A program made the translations under genes and the position numbers. This document shows, one piece after another, positions 18,795-27,028 of a stretch of DNA of 64,000 nucleotides. The DNA is from Rhodospirillales bacterium (GTDB taxonomy: Bacteria > Pseudomonadota > Alphaproteobacteria > CACIAM-22H2), in contig CANFCX010000001.1 of NCBI GenBank assembly GCA_947445225.1, positions 88,287 through 152,286 on the forward strand, given 5' to 3'. The stretch's first letter is position 1. Every line of letters starts with the position of its first letter. The notes under the pieces are model-generated. The model saw nothing but the letters and a program-made list of their open reading frames with translations. It was not told the origin of the DNA and ran no database searches.

Positions 18795-18800
18795 GGCGAC

Positions 18801-19637
18801 ATGACTCAGGCAGCACCCGCGACGATGCCGCAGGCCGCCGTTTATGTCGGGCGAGTCATGCACAGCCGCACGCAGCCGATGCGCCACCGTTTTTCCTATC
18901 GTGTTTTTTCCCTTCTGCTGGATCTCGATGCCCTGCCGGCATTGGCCGGGCGGCTCAAATTGTTCTCCTACAATCGCTTCAATCTGTTCGCCTTCTTCGA
19001 CCGCGACCACGGCCCGCGCGACGGCGGGTTGCTGCGGCCGTGGGTCGAACGCCAACTCGCCGCGGCCGGGATCGATCTCTCCGGGGGCCGCATCTTCCTT
19101 CATTGTTTTCCTCGCCTGCTCGGCTACGTTTTCAACCCGATCAGCATCTATTTCTGCTATCACGCCGATGGTCGATTGTTGGCGATCCTCTACGAGGTCA
19201 AAAACACCTTCGGCGAACAACACGGCTATCTGATCGGTGTTGCCCCCGACCACCCGGTGGGCACCCCGATTTTCCAGGGTTGCAGCAAGAATTTTTATGT
19301 TTCCCCGTTCCTTCCCATGGATTGCTCCTATCGTTTCCGCGTTCATGCGCCGGGTCCTGAATTGTCGATCCTGATTCGACAGACGATGGCGGCCGGCGAA
19401 GTCCTGATCGCCGCTCACAATGCGCGGGCGGAGCCGATTTCGGACGGAACCCTGCTCCGGGCGTGGTTGTCGCATCCGCTGATGACCCTGAAGGTCATGG
19501 CCGGAATCCATTGGGAAGCCCTGCGCCTGTGGCGCAAGGGTGCCGCCTTTTACGCCCGGCCCGCGCCGCCGCCGATCGAGGTTACGATCGTGCCCGCGAC
19601 GTCCGGCGCCGATTTTCGCTTTTCGGATGCCGCATGA
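18801..19637 (+). CDS. DUF1365-family protein
   Basis: 278 aa. Sequence VYVGRVMHSRTQPMRHRFSYRVFSLLLDLD... is typical of DUF1365 proteins encoded next to cfa. Confidence 0.8.
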   Translation: MTQAAPATMPQAAVYVGRVMHSRTQPMRHRFSYRVFSLLLDLDALPALAGRLKLFSYNRFNLFAFFDRDHGPRDGGLLRPWVERQLAAAGIDLSGGRIFLHCFPRLLGYVFNPISIYFCYHADGRLLAILYEVKNTFGEQHGYLIGVAPDHPVGTPIFQGCSKNFYVSPFLPMDCSYRFRVHAPGPELSILIRQTMAAGEVLIAAHNARAEPISDGTLLRAWLSHPLMTLKVMAGIHWEALRLWRKGAAFYARPAPPPIEVTIVPATSGADFRFSDAA

Positions 19638-20874
19638 GGAACCAATGACCGACGTCAACCAACCCACCGGCGGCCCGGCGGCCGTGGCCGGGGCCTGGAT
19701 CGACGAACAATCGCTGCGGCTGTCGCTGGGCATGCTTCGCGCGGTGCGTTTTGGCGGGTTGTCGGTCGTGCTGCCCAACGGTCAATCGATGCACATCGCG
19801 GGACAGGAACCCGGCCCTCGGGCCACGATCAACATCCGGCGGGCGCGCGTCGCGCGGCGGTTTGTCGCCAACGGCGCCGTCGGATTTGCCGAATCCTATC
19901 TCGACGGCGATTGGGACACGCCCGATCTTCCCGTCCTGTTGCATTTCTTCGCCCTGAACGAACCGGCCCTGGCGCCGGCGTGGCGGGGCCGGGCGTGGTA
20001 TCGGGCCTTTCGGCGATTCACCCACGGCCTGCGCAGCAATACCCGCCGCGGCAGCCGCCGCAACATCGCCGACCACTACGATCTCGGCAATGAATTCTAC
20101 GGGCGCTGGCTCGACCCGAGCATGACCTATTCTTCCGCGGTCTATGCCTCGCCCAATCAAAGCCTCGAGGAGGCGCAGCGCAACAAATATGGTCGCATCG
20201 CCGATTTGTTGGCGCTCCAGCCCGGGCAGTCCCTGCTTGAAATCGGCTGCGGCTGGGGCGGGTTCGCGCGATTTGCAGCCGCCGAACGCGGCAGCCAGGT
20301 CACGGCGATTACATTGTCGCGCGAGCAACATGACTTCGCCCGGCGCCAGGTGCATGAACAGGGTCTGGCCGAACGCGTCGACGTCCGCCTGATCGACTAT
20401 CGCGATGTATCCGGGACATTCGACCGGGTCGCCTCGATCGAAATGCTGGAAGCGGTGGGCGAACAATATTGGCCGGTCTATTTCTCGAAAATCCGCGAGA
20501 ACCTCGTATCCGGCGGGCTCGCCGCGGTGCAGGTGATCACCATCGGCGATCATTGGTTCGACGACTATCGGCGCGATGCCGATTTTATCCAGCGTTACGT
20601 GTTCCCGGGCGGGATGCTTCCTTCGGAAACGGCGCTGCGGCGGGCGACGGAGGCAGCGGGACTGGGCTGGCGCGAACTCAGCCGTTTCGGCGGCCATTAT
20701 GCCAATACCTTGGCTGAGTGGCAGCAACGCTTCCAATCCGCCTGGGGCGACGTCGCCAAGCTCGGCTTTGACACCCGCTTCAAGCGCCTGTGGGAATATT
20801 ATCTGGCCTATTGCGAGGCCGGGTTCCGAGTCGGCTATATCGACCTCGTGCAGGTCGGACTTGCCCGCAGCTGA
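19627..20874 (+). CDS. cfa: Cyclopropane-fatty-acyl-phospholipid synthase (SAM-dependent methyltransferase)
   Basis: SAM-binding motif LLEIGCGWGGFARFAAAERGSQVTAITLS. C-terminal ...FKRLWEYYLAYCEAGF. First ATG is 19627 (overlapping the DUF1365 gene by 11 nt); an alternative start is 19645. Confidence 0.85.
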   Translation: MPHEEPMTDVNQPTGGPAAVAGAWIDEQSLRLSLGMLRAVRFGGLSVVLPNGQSMHIAGQEPGPRATINIRRARVARRFVANGAVGFAESYLDGDWDTPDLPVLLHFFALNEPALAPAWRGRAWYRAFRRFTHGLRSNTRRGSRRNIADHYDLGNEFYGRWLDPSMTYSSAVYASPNQSLEEAQRNKYGRIADLLALQPGQSLLEIGCGWGGFARFAAAERGSQVTAITLSREQHDFARRQVHEQGLAERVDVRLIDYRDVSGTFDRVASIEMLEAVGEQYWPVYFSKIRENLVSGGLAAVQVITIGDHWFDDYRRDADFIQRYVFPGGMLPSETALRRATEAAGLGWRELSRFGGHYANTLAEWQQRFQSAWGDVAKLGFDTRFKRLWEYYLAYCEAGFRVGYIDLVQVGLARS

Positions 20875-22216
20875 AGGGCGCATCCGCCTCGATAACAGCC
20901 TCCTTCTCGCCTATGGCCTTCCGGCGGTGCCGCTCGCCGCGCTTGGCATCCCGCTTTATTTGTACCTGCCGCCCTTTTACGCCGAAGAAATCGGTCTTGG
21001 TTTATCCACCGTGGGCGGCATTCTGCTGCTCGCGCGCCTGTGGGACATGGCCATCGATCCGGTCATCGGCCAATTAAGCGACACCGTCTCGACTCCTTTC
21101 GGCCGGCGCCGGCCCTGGCTGATCGTGGCGGGGCCGCTGGTGATGATTTCGGTCTGGCGTTTGCTGGTGCCGGACGAGGGCGCCGGCCCGGCCTATCTGC
21201 TGGGCTGGACCATGGCCCTGTATCTGTCGTGGACCTTGGTTCTGTTGCCCTATACGGCCTGGGGAGCCGAATTGTCCGGCGACTATCACGACCGCTCCCG
21301 CGTCGCCGCATGGCGCGAAGGTGGAGTCATTCTCGGCACCCTGGCGGCGGCGGCACTGCCCGCCCTCATCGCCGATGGCGGCGGCTCGCAGCGTCCAGTG
21401 CTTGAAGCACTCGCCTGGACCATCATCGTCCTGCTGCCGGTGACGCTTGCGGTCCTGCTATGGCGGGTGCCCGAGCCGCGGGCGGCGGCGCCGCGGCGAT
21501 TGGGCTGGCGCCGCGGCTGGCGGTTGCTGGCTCGCAATACGCCCTTCCTCAGACTGCTGGCGGCCTACCTGTTAAACGGGTTGGCCAACGGCTTGCCGGC
21601 CACGCTGTTCCTGCTTTTTGTCGGCGATGTCATCGATCGACCCGCCGCCGCGGGTGTGTTGCTGCTGGTGTACTTCCTGTGCGGCATCGCCGCCGTGCCG
21701 GCTTGGCTGAAGCTCAGCTATCGTTACGGAAAACACCGGAGCTGGGCGATCGCGATGGCGTGGGCCTCGCTCGCCTTTCTCGGCGTGCCTTGGCTCGGCC
21801 CGGGGGATGTGTACGCCTTTGGGTTGGTGTGTGTTTTGACCGGCATAGCGTTGGGCGCCGACATGACGCTGCCGGCGGCCATCCAGGCCGATGTCATCGA
21901 TCTGGATACACTCCGCGGCGGGAGACAACGAACCGCGCTCTATTTCGCGTTGTGGAGCATGGCGACGAAGCTCGCGCTGGCGCTCGCCGTCGGGATCGCC
22001 TACCCGCTTCTGGACCTCACCGGATACCAACCCGGCGGAACCAACGATTCAGACGCGCTTTGGGTGTTGACCGCGCTTTATTGCCTGGCGCCGGTCGCCT
22101 TTAAGGTCGCGGCCATAACGCTGGTCTGGAACTTCCCGCTCGACCAGGCACGACAGGCAAAGATTCGCCGGCGGCTCGAAACGCGCCCGGCGCGTGGGTC
22201 AGAAGTTCACCCTTAA
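20861..22216 (+). CDS. MFS transporter, GPH (glycoside-pentoside-hexuronide:cation symporter) family; start uncertain
   Basis: ...LLLAYGLPAVPLAALGIPLYLYLPPFYAEEIGLGLSTVGGILLLARLWDMAIDPVIGQLSD matches the MelB-like N-terminus. It has 12 TM segments and no ATG, so a TTG (20861) or GTG start is likely. Confidence 0.7.
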   Translation: MPAAEGRIRLDNSLLLAYGLPAVPLAALGIPLYLYLPPFYAEEIGLGLSTVGGILLLARLWDMAIDPVIGQLSDTVSTPFGRRRPWLIVAGPLVMISVWRLLVPDEGAGPAYLLGWTMALYLSWTLVLLPYTAWGAELSGDYHDRSRVAAWREGGVILGTLAAAALPALIADGGGSQRPVLEALAWTIIVLLPVTLAVLLWRVPEPRAAAPRRLGWRRGWRLLARNTPFLRLLAAYLLNGLANGLPATLFLLFVGDVIDRPAAAGVLLLVYFLCGIAAVPAWLKLSYRYGKHRSWAIAMAWASLAFLGVPWLGPGDVYAFGLVCVLTGIALGADMTLPAAIQADVIDLDTLRGGRQRTALYFALWSMATKLALALAVGIAYPLLDLTGYQPGGTNDSDALWVLTALYCLAPVAFKVAAITLVWNFPLDQARQAKIRRRLETRPARGSEVHP

Positions 22217-22831
22217 TCCGGCCTTGAAATAGCTGGCCGTGGTATCGTCGTTATTGCCTTGGCCGTCGAAAACAACCAGGTAGCGATAACCCGCGGTGAA
22301 TTTGGTCGTGGCCGTCAGCGGAAAGGCCAAGCCGATTTCCCCATGGGTCGCAAGACTCGTTTCTTCATGGCCAGGGGCGGTCACCGACACGCCGTTGATC
22401 GTACCAAACGACCGAGGCACATCGCTGCGGGCGATGCCAAGACCGCCACCAAAATAAGGGACCGCGGCCATGCCTAATGGAACGTCGTAAAAGGCGTTGA
22501 TCGTTAGCGTATAGAAAAAGGAATTGTCGTCGCCCTGGCCAACACTGCCGCTGGCGAAATTGAGGCTGTCGACCGACGCGCTGGCGTATCCCAACTCGAC
22601 CTCGGAACGAAAACCGCCACCCCAATCGAGGCCGAGCGCCAGATTCAGTGCGTAATTCGGTTCAAAGCTGACCGTGTAGGGCACGCCAGCGGCTGTCCCG
22701 TCGGTATCGTGCGGAACAAAGACGCCGCCCGCGACACTGAAATAGTCGAGGCGATTCTGCGCCGATGCCGGCGTTGCTACCGTGCCGGCAAGGGCAAGAA
22801 ATCCGCCGATCAGGAATGCAAAACGCAGCAT
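22199..22831 (-). CDS. Outer-membrane beta-barrel protein (OmpA-like / opacity-family barrel)
   Basis: Signal peptide MLRFAFLIGGFLALAGTVATPASA. Alternating amphipathic beta strands. C-terminal ...YFKAGLRVNF with a terminal Phe. Confidence 0.7.
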   Translation of the reverse strand: MLRFAFLIGGFLALAGTVATPASAQNRLDYFSVAGGVFVPHDTDGTAAGVPYTVSFEPNYALNLALGLDWGGGFRSEVELGYASASVDSLNFASGSVGQGDDNSFFYTLTINAFYDVPLGMAAVPYFGGGLGIARSDVPRSFGTINGVSVTAPGHEETSLATHGEIGLAFPLTATTKFTAGYRYLVVFDGQGNNDDTTASYFKAGLRVNF

Positions 22832-22909
22832 GTCGTGCCCCCGCTTCCTTCGTGTTCGTGAAGACCTAGCACAACGGTTTGCCCCCGTACAATCAAGCCC
22901 GTCGCCGAT

Positions 22910-23689
22910 CTACAGCCCGGTTGCGCGTTTAAGAATTGGAAAGTAGAGCCGATAGGGCAAACACCGCAGCGCCTTCAGCAGCAACGCGAATCGGCGCGGA
23001 AAGGTGATTTCAAAGCCGCCCGATGCGAGGCCGCGCACCAAGCGGTCGGCGGCATCCTCCGCCGACATCAGAAACGGCATGGGGAACGGATTTTCGTCGG
23101 TCAGCGGCGTCTTCACGAAGCCTGGATTGACCAAAGACAGCCTTATGCCACAGCGGTCGAGGTCGAATTTCAACGCCTCGCACATATTGATCAACGCGGC
23201 CTTGGTCGCGCCGTAGGCGGCCGCCGTCGGCAAACCGCGATAGCCCGCGACCGAGGAAACGACGGCGATGTGGCCGCCGCGCCGCTCCACCATGCGCGGC
23301 AGCAGGGCGGCAATCCCATTGACCACACCCATGACGTTGACCTCATGAAGGCGCCGGAAAATCGCCGGATCGAAGGTCGCGACCGAAATCGGCAGGTGGG
23401 TGCCGGCATTGAGCACGGCAAGTACGATTGGGCCATTGCGGGCTTCGATGGCGATCGTCGCCGCCCGCGTGCCTTCTTCATCGGTGACGTCCAGGGGCAT
23501 GGGATCGATGCTGCCCGGCCCGCCCGCCGCTTCCCTGGCAAGTTCGTCCAGCGCGGTGTCGCCGCGGGCGCTGGCGGCCACGCGCCAACCATCCCGCGCC
23601 AGGCGCAAGGCGAGGGCGCGGCCGATGCCGCTGGATGCGCCCGTGACCCAAACGCAACCGGTGGAAGGCGGCGGCAGCGTTACGGTCAC
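22910..23689 (-). CDS. Short-chain dehydrogenase/reductase (SDR)
   Basis: VWVTGASSGIGRALALRLARDGWRV is the TGxxxGIG cofactor motif. Catalytic YxxxK is present in ...AAYGATKAAL. Confidence 0.85.
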   Translation of the reverse strand: MTVTLPPPSTGCVWVTGASSGIGRALALRLARDGWRVAASARGDTALDELAREAAGGPGSIDPMPLDVTDEEGTRAATIAIEARNGPIVLAVLNAGTHLPISVATFDPAIFRRLHEVNVMGVVNGIAALLPRMVERRGGHIAVVSSVAGYRGLPTAAAYGATKAALINMCEALKFDLDRCGIRLSLVNPGFVKTPLTDENPFPMPFLMSAEDAADRLVRGLASGGFEITFPRRFALLLKALRCLPYRLYFPILKRATGL

Positions 23690-23734
23690 GGCTATCGTCC
23701 TTGCGAGTGGAACGGGGAGAGGGGGAGGCGCCGA

Positions 23735-24484
23735 TTAGAGGCGCACGTACTCCATGTCTTGGCCCCGGATTTCGAATTGAATCTTGACCCAGACGCCTTG
23801 GGAATACCACAGGTTCAGATCAAGGTCGCCGGTCATGCGATAGCGGCGGGCATCGCCGGGGGCGCCCCGTGCCGGATTGGTGTCGGGACCCATCTCCTTG
23901 GCATCAACTTTGGAGATTTCGCCGGTTTGCGTGTTGAGGAGGTTCTTCTGGTTTACGGTCGCGATGTTCCAGTAACTGGTTGGAATCAGCCCGCCGGGAA
24001 CAACGAGCCGGTTCGCCGGGGTATCAACGACCGCCTTGTCGCCTTCCGCCCGGTACGCGACACGGTAGGGCGTGCCGTCGTCATCGGTCTTGGTGTCCAG
24101 CGACACCAGGTGCCCGCCACGCCAGACTTCGGTATTGTGATGCACATAGCGAAATAGGGTCAGAAACCCCAGCTGGTAGCGGAGTTCGATGTCGATCTCC
24201 ACCTGCAATTCATCGCCGTTTTCGGTAAAGACCACGCTGTGTTTGCCGAAGTCGCTGCCGTTGCGAAGCACGCGGAAATCCAGGCGACGGGTTTGTGGCA
24301 CGGAGGCAAGCAAACGTGGCGACCCACGCTGATCGGTCTGCGCCCACAAATCGCTCGGCGCGAGGATCGAGCCAAGGGCTCCTGCTGCGGCGCACAAAAA
24401 GCGGCGGCGCGACGACGAATCGGGGACCGGCGCAACACACAGCCGCGCAGCCTCCCTCAGATTCTCCCTTTCGTCGTTTGCCAT
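23735..24484 (-). CDS. Tat-signal exported hypothetical protein
   Basis: ATG at 24484. MANDERENLREAARLCVAPVPDSSSRRRFLCAAAGALGSILAPSDLWAQ carries a twin-arginine-like signal (SRRRFL). No recognisable family was found. Confidence 0.55.
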   Translation of the reverse strand: MANDERENLREAARLCVAPVPDSSSRRRFLCAAAGALGSILAPSDLWAQTDQRGSPRLLASVPQTRRLDFRVLRNGSDFGKHSVVFTENGDELQVEIDIELRYQLGFLTLFRYVHHNTEVWRGGHLVSLDTKTDDDGTPYRVAYRAEGDKAVVDTPANRLVVPGGLIPTSYWNIATVNQKNLLNTQTGEISKVDAKEMGPDTNPARGAPGDARRYRMTGDLDLNLWYSQGVWVKIQFEIRGQDMEYVRL

Positions 24485-24617
24485 TCTCTCCACCGCGATC
24501 TCGTTGACGCCGTACGCCGAAGACTTGGGCGCTATAGCCGGAGAACAATGCTCAACCGACGCAATTGTAACAAATCGTGATCGAATGTCGACAATTGACG
24601 TTGGGGCGGGTCCGTAA

Positions 24618-24652
24618 TAACCCTTGACGTTCACTCGACAAAACGAGGGTTA
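24618..24652 (+). promoter_or_regulatory. Candidate SD-sequestering hairpin in the hupE 5' leader
   Basis: UAACCCUUG (24618-26) is complementary (one G-U pair) to CGAGGGUUA (24644-52). The latter contains the GAGGG Shine-Dalgarno 3 nt before the hupE ATG. The loop is 17 nt. Confidence 0.3.
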
Positions 24653-24655
24653 CCC

Positions 24656-25255
24656 ATGGAATCGCGTCGGCTCGGAACGTTCGCTTTGCGCGCATTTCTT
24701 CCGCTGCTCGGCGCCGGTCTCTTTGGGACCACGGCCGAGGCCCACCTTTTTGGCGCTCATGGCGCCGCGGCGGCGGAAGGATTGGCCCATCCCTTCAGCG
24801 GCCTCGACCATCTGTTGGCGATGATCGCGGTCGGGGTGTGGGCGGTGCAGCAAGGTGGGCGCGCCCTGTGGGCCGTCCCCACCGCGTTCGTCGCCGCGAT
24901 GGCGATCGGCGGCGCCTTAAGCTTGTTTGGGGGCACGCTGCCGGCAACCGAGTCCGTCATCGCCGGATCGCTGATCGTTCTCGGCCTTCTGGTCGGCTTG
25001 GCGGTGCGCCCGGCGCCCTGGATGGCGGCCTGCGTCGTTGGCTTTTTCGCGCTGTTTCACGGCTACGCCCATGGCGGCGAATTACCGGCTGCCGCCGCGC
25101 CTTGGCTGTACACGTTTGGCTTCATTGTCGCGACCGCGGCGCTGCATGGCATCGGCATGATCGGCGGTCTGGCCCTTGGCGCCAAACCGCTGCTGCGTTG
25201 GGCCGACGCCGGCGTCACCGCGGCGGGCCTGATGTTTGTTCTCGGAGCCTTTTGA
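24656..25255 (+). CDS. hupE: HupE/UreJ-family metal transporter
   Basis: N-terminal signal followed by HLFGAHGAAAAEGLAHPFSGLDHLL, then ...FHGYAHGGE. These are the conserved His motifs of HupE/UreJ. Six TM helices. Confidence 0.8.
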   Translation: MESRRLGTFALRAFLPLLGAGLFGTTAEAHLFGAHGAAAAEGLAHPFSGLDHLLAMIAVGVWAVQQGGRALWAVPTAFVAAMAIGGALSLFGGTLPATESVIAGSLIVLGLLVGLAVRPAPWMAACVVGFFALFHGYAHGGELPAAAAPWLYTFGFIVATAALHGIGMIGGLALGAKPLLRWADAGVTAAGLMFVLGAF

Positions 25256-25268
25256 TCGGGACACGCCA

Positions 25269-25814
25269 ATGAGGCCGAGTGGCGAGCGTCGCGCCGCCGA
25301 GCCGCCGCGGGCGGCCGCGACGCCACGCCCACCATCTCTCGGCCGGCGGTCGCCCTTCCCAAAAGACAGCCACGATCATAAGGCTTGTGTGGACACAGCG
25401 ATTGCCGGGGCCCAGGCCTATTGCGAACACCGGCGTCAACGCCTTACGCCGATGCGCAAACGTGTTCTGGAAATGGTGTGGCACAGCCATAAGCCGGTCG
25501 GCGCTTATGCGCTTTTGGACGGTCTTCTCGAGGAAGGCCACCGCGCGGCGCCCACGACGGTCTATCGCGCCTTGGATTTTCTTCTCGGGCTCGGGTTGGT
25601 TCACCGTATCGCGTCACTCAACGCCTTCGTCGGCTGTCCTCAGCCGGGCCAGCCGCATACCGGGCAATTTCTCATATGCGAGGCCTGCGGCAGCGCCGAG
25701 GAAATCGACGATGACGGCATCGCCCAGGCGGTTCGGCGAGGGGCCGAACGTATCGGCTTTCGCGTACAGCACCCAACCATCGAAATTACCGGACGCTGCC
25801 CGCGCTGCCGTTGA
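25269..25814 (+). CDS. zur: Fur-family transcriptional regulator, Zur-like
   Basis: Winged-helix fold plus metal sites C..C....CEACG....CPRC with His-rich HSHKPV. ~180 aa. Adjacent to hupE. Confidence 0.7.
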   Translation: MRPSGERRAAEPPRAAATPRPPSLGRRSPFPKDSHDHKACVDTAIAGAQAYCEHRRQRLTPMRKRVLEMVWHSHKPVGAYALLDGLLEEGHRAAPTTVYRALDFLLGLGLVHRIASLNAFVGCPQPGQPHTGQFLICEACGSAEEIDDDGIAQAVRRGAERIGFRVQHPTIEITGRCPRCR

Positions 25815-26892
25815 GCCGATGCGCCGCCCACAGCGCGGCGGCGAATAGAACCATCGCACCGGCCTGATGAAGAATGGCCAGCGGAATCGGAACGGCGTAG
25901 AGCAGCGTTACTATCCCGAGCGTGACCTGGAGCAGGGTCGCGGCGAGGACGACGTGGATGGCGAACCGGACTTCGCCGGGGTGATCGCCGCCCCGCGTCC
26001 GCCACCCCAACCAAACCGCCACCGCCAGGATCGTTATCCCCAGAAGCCGGTGATTGAATTGCACGGCGGCGACATTTTCGAACGCATTCGTCCACCACGG
26101 CGACAGGTCGAAATAACCCTCCGGGATCAGCCTTCCATTCATTAGGGGAAAGGTGTTGAAAGCCAGCCCGGCATCCAGCCCGGCGACGAAAGCGCCGGCC
26201 AACGCTTGTAGAAATATGAGCACCGCGAGCAAGGCCGCCCAACGCCCTAGGGTCCGCGCCGTTTGGTCCGGGCGCGAACGCCGCGAACTAAGACCGAAAG
26301 CCAGCCACAACATCCACCCCAAGACAATCATCGCCAGACCCAAATGCGCGGCCAGTCGATAGGGGCTGACATCGGGTTCGTCCACAAGGCCGCTTTGCAC
26401 CATGTACCAGCCAAGAGCACCCTGTAACCCGCCCAGGGCCAAAATGCCCCAGCACTGCAACGCCAGACCGCCGCGCAGTCGGCCCTTGATCACGAACCAG
26501 GCGAACGGAAACGCGAACACCGACCCAATCAGTCTTCCCCAAAACCGATGGGTCCATTCCATCCAGAAGATCGCCTTGAACTCGGCGAGCGACATGCCTT
26601 CGTTCAATTTCCGATATTCCGGAAACTGCTGGTATTTGCCGAAGGCATCCGCCCAATCCTGGGCGGACAGGGGCGGCAGGGCGCCGAGCAAGGGCTGCCA
26701 TTCGACAATCGACAGGCCGGATTGGGTGAGACGGGTCATCCCGCCCAACACGACCATGACAAAAACCATGGCGCAGCACAGATACAGCCAGAGCGCGATG
26801 GCCCGGGATTTCGGCGCAGAGGCAATTTCGGCGGAGGAGAGAGCGTCGACCTTCATGAGCCGTTCAATACGCCGCCGGTCCTCGCCACGCAA
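25786..26892 (-). CDS. ctaA: Haem A synthase (CtaA/COX15)
   Basis: Eight TM helices with conserved His pairs (...FNHRLLGIT..., ...MEWTHRFWGRL...). ~350 aa. Confidence 0.8.
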   Translation of the reverse strand: MRGEDRRRIERLMKVDALSSAEIASAPKSRAIALWLYLCCAMVFVMVVLGGMTRLTQSGLSIVEWQPLLGALPPLSAQDWADAFGKYQQFPEYRKLNEGMSLAEFKAIFWMEWTHRFWGRLIGSVFAFPFAWFVIKGRLRGGLALQCWGILALGGLQGALGWYMVQSGLVDEPDVSPYRLAAHLGLAMIVLGWMLWLAFGLSSRRSRPDQTARTLGRWAALLAVLIFLQALAGAFVAGLDAGLAFNTFPLMNGRLIPEGYFDLSPWWTNAFENVAAVQFNHRLLGITILAVAVWLGWRTRGGDHPGEVRFAIHVVLAATLLQVTLGIVTLLYAVPIPLAILHQAGAMVLFAAALWAAHRLNGSAGSVR

Positions 26893-27028
26893 TTCTTTCC
26901 CGATTGCGGGCCCGGCATTTCCTCACGCCCCGCAGGGATGTATCGGACATGACAGGCCGCCGACCGAGTGTTAAGAGCCTAGGCCGAAATCCAACCCTAT
27001 TTCACTTCCTTAAGCGTAGTTTTAGGAC

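Noticed and set aside
18246-20883. Two long minus-strand ORFs (510 aa and 433 aa) antisense to the oxidoreductase/DUF1365/cfa genes
   Set aside because: Both are compositionally biased (Arg/Gly/Pro) and lack motifs. The sense-strand genes have clear family signatures.
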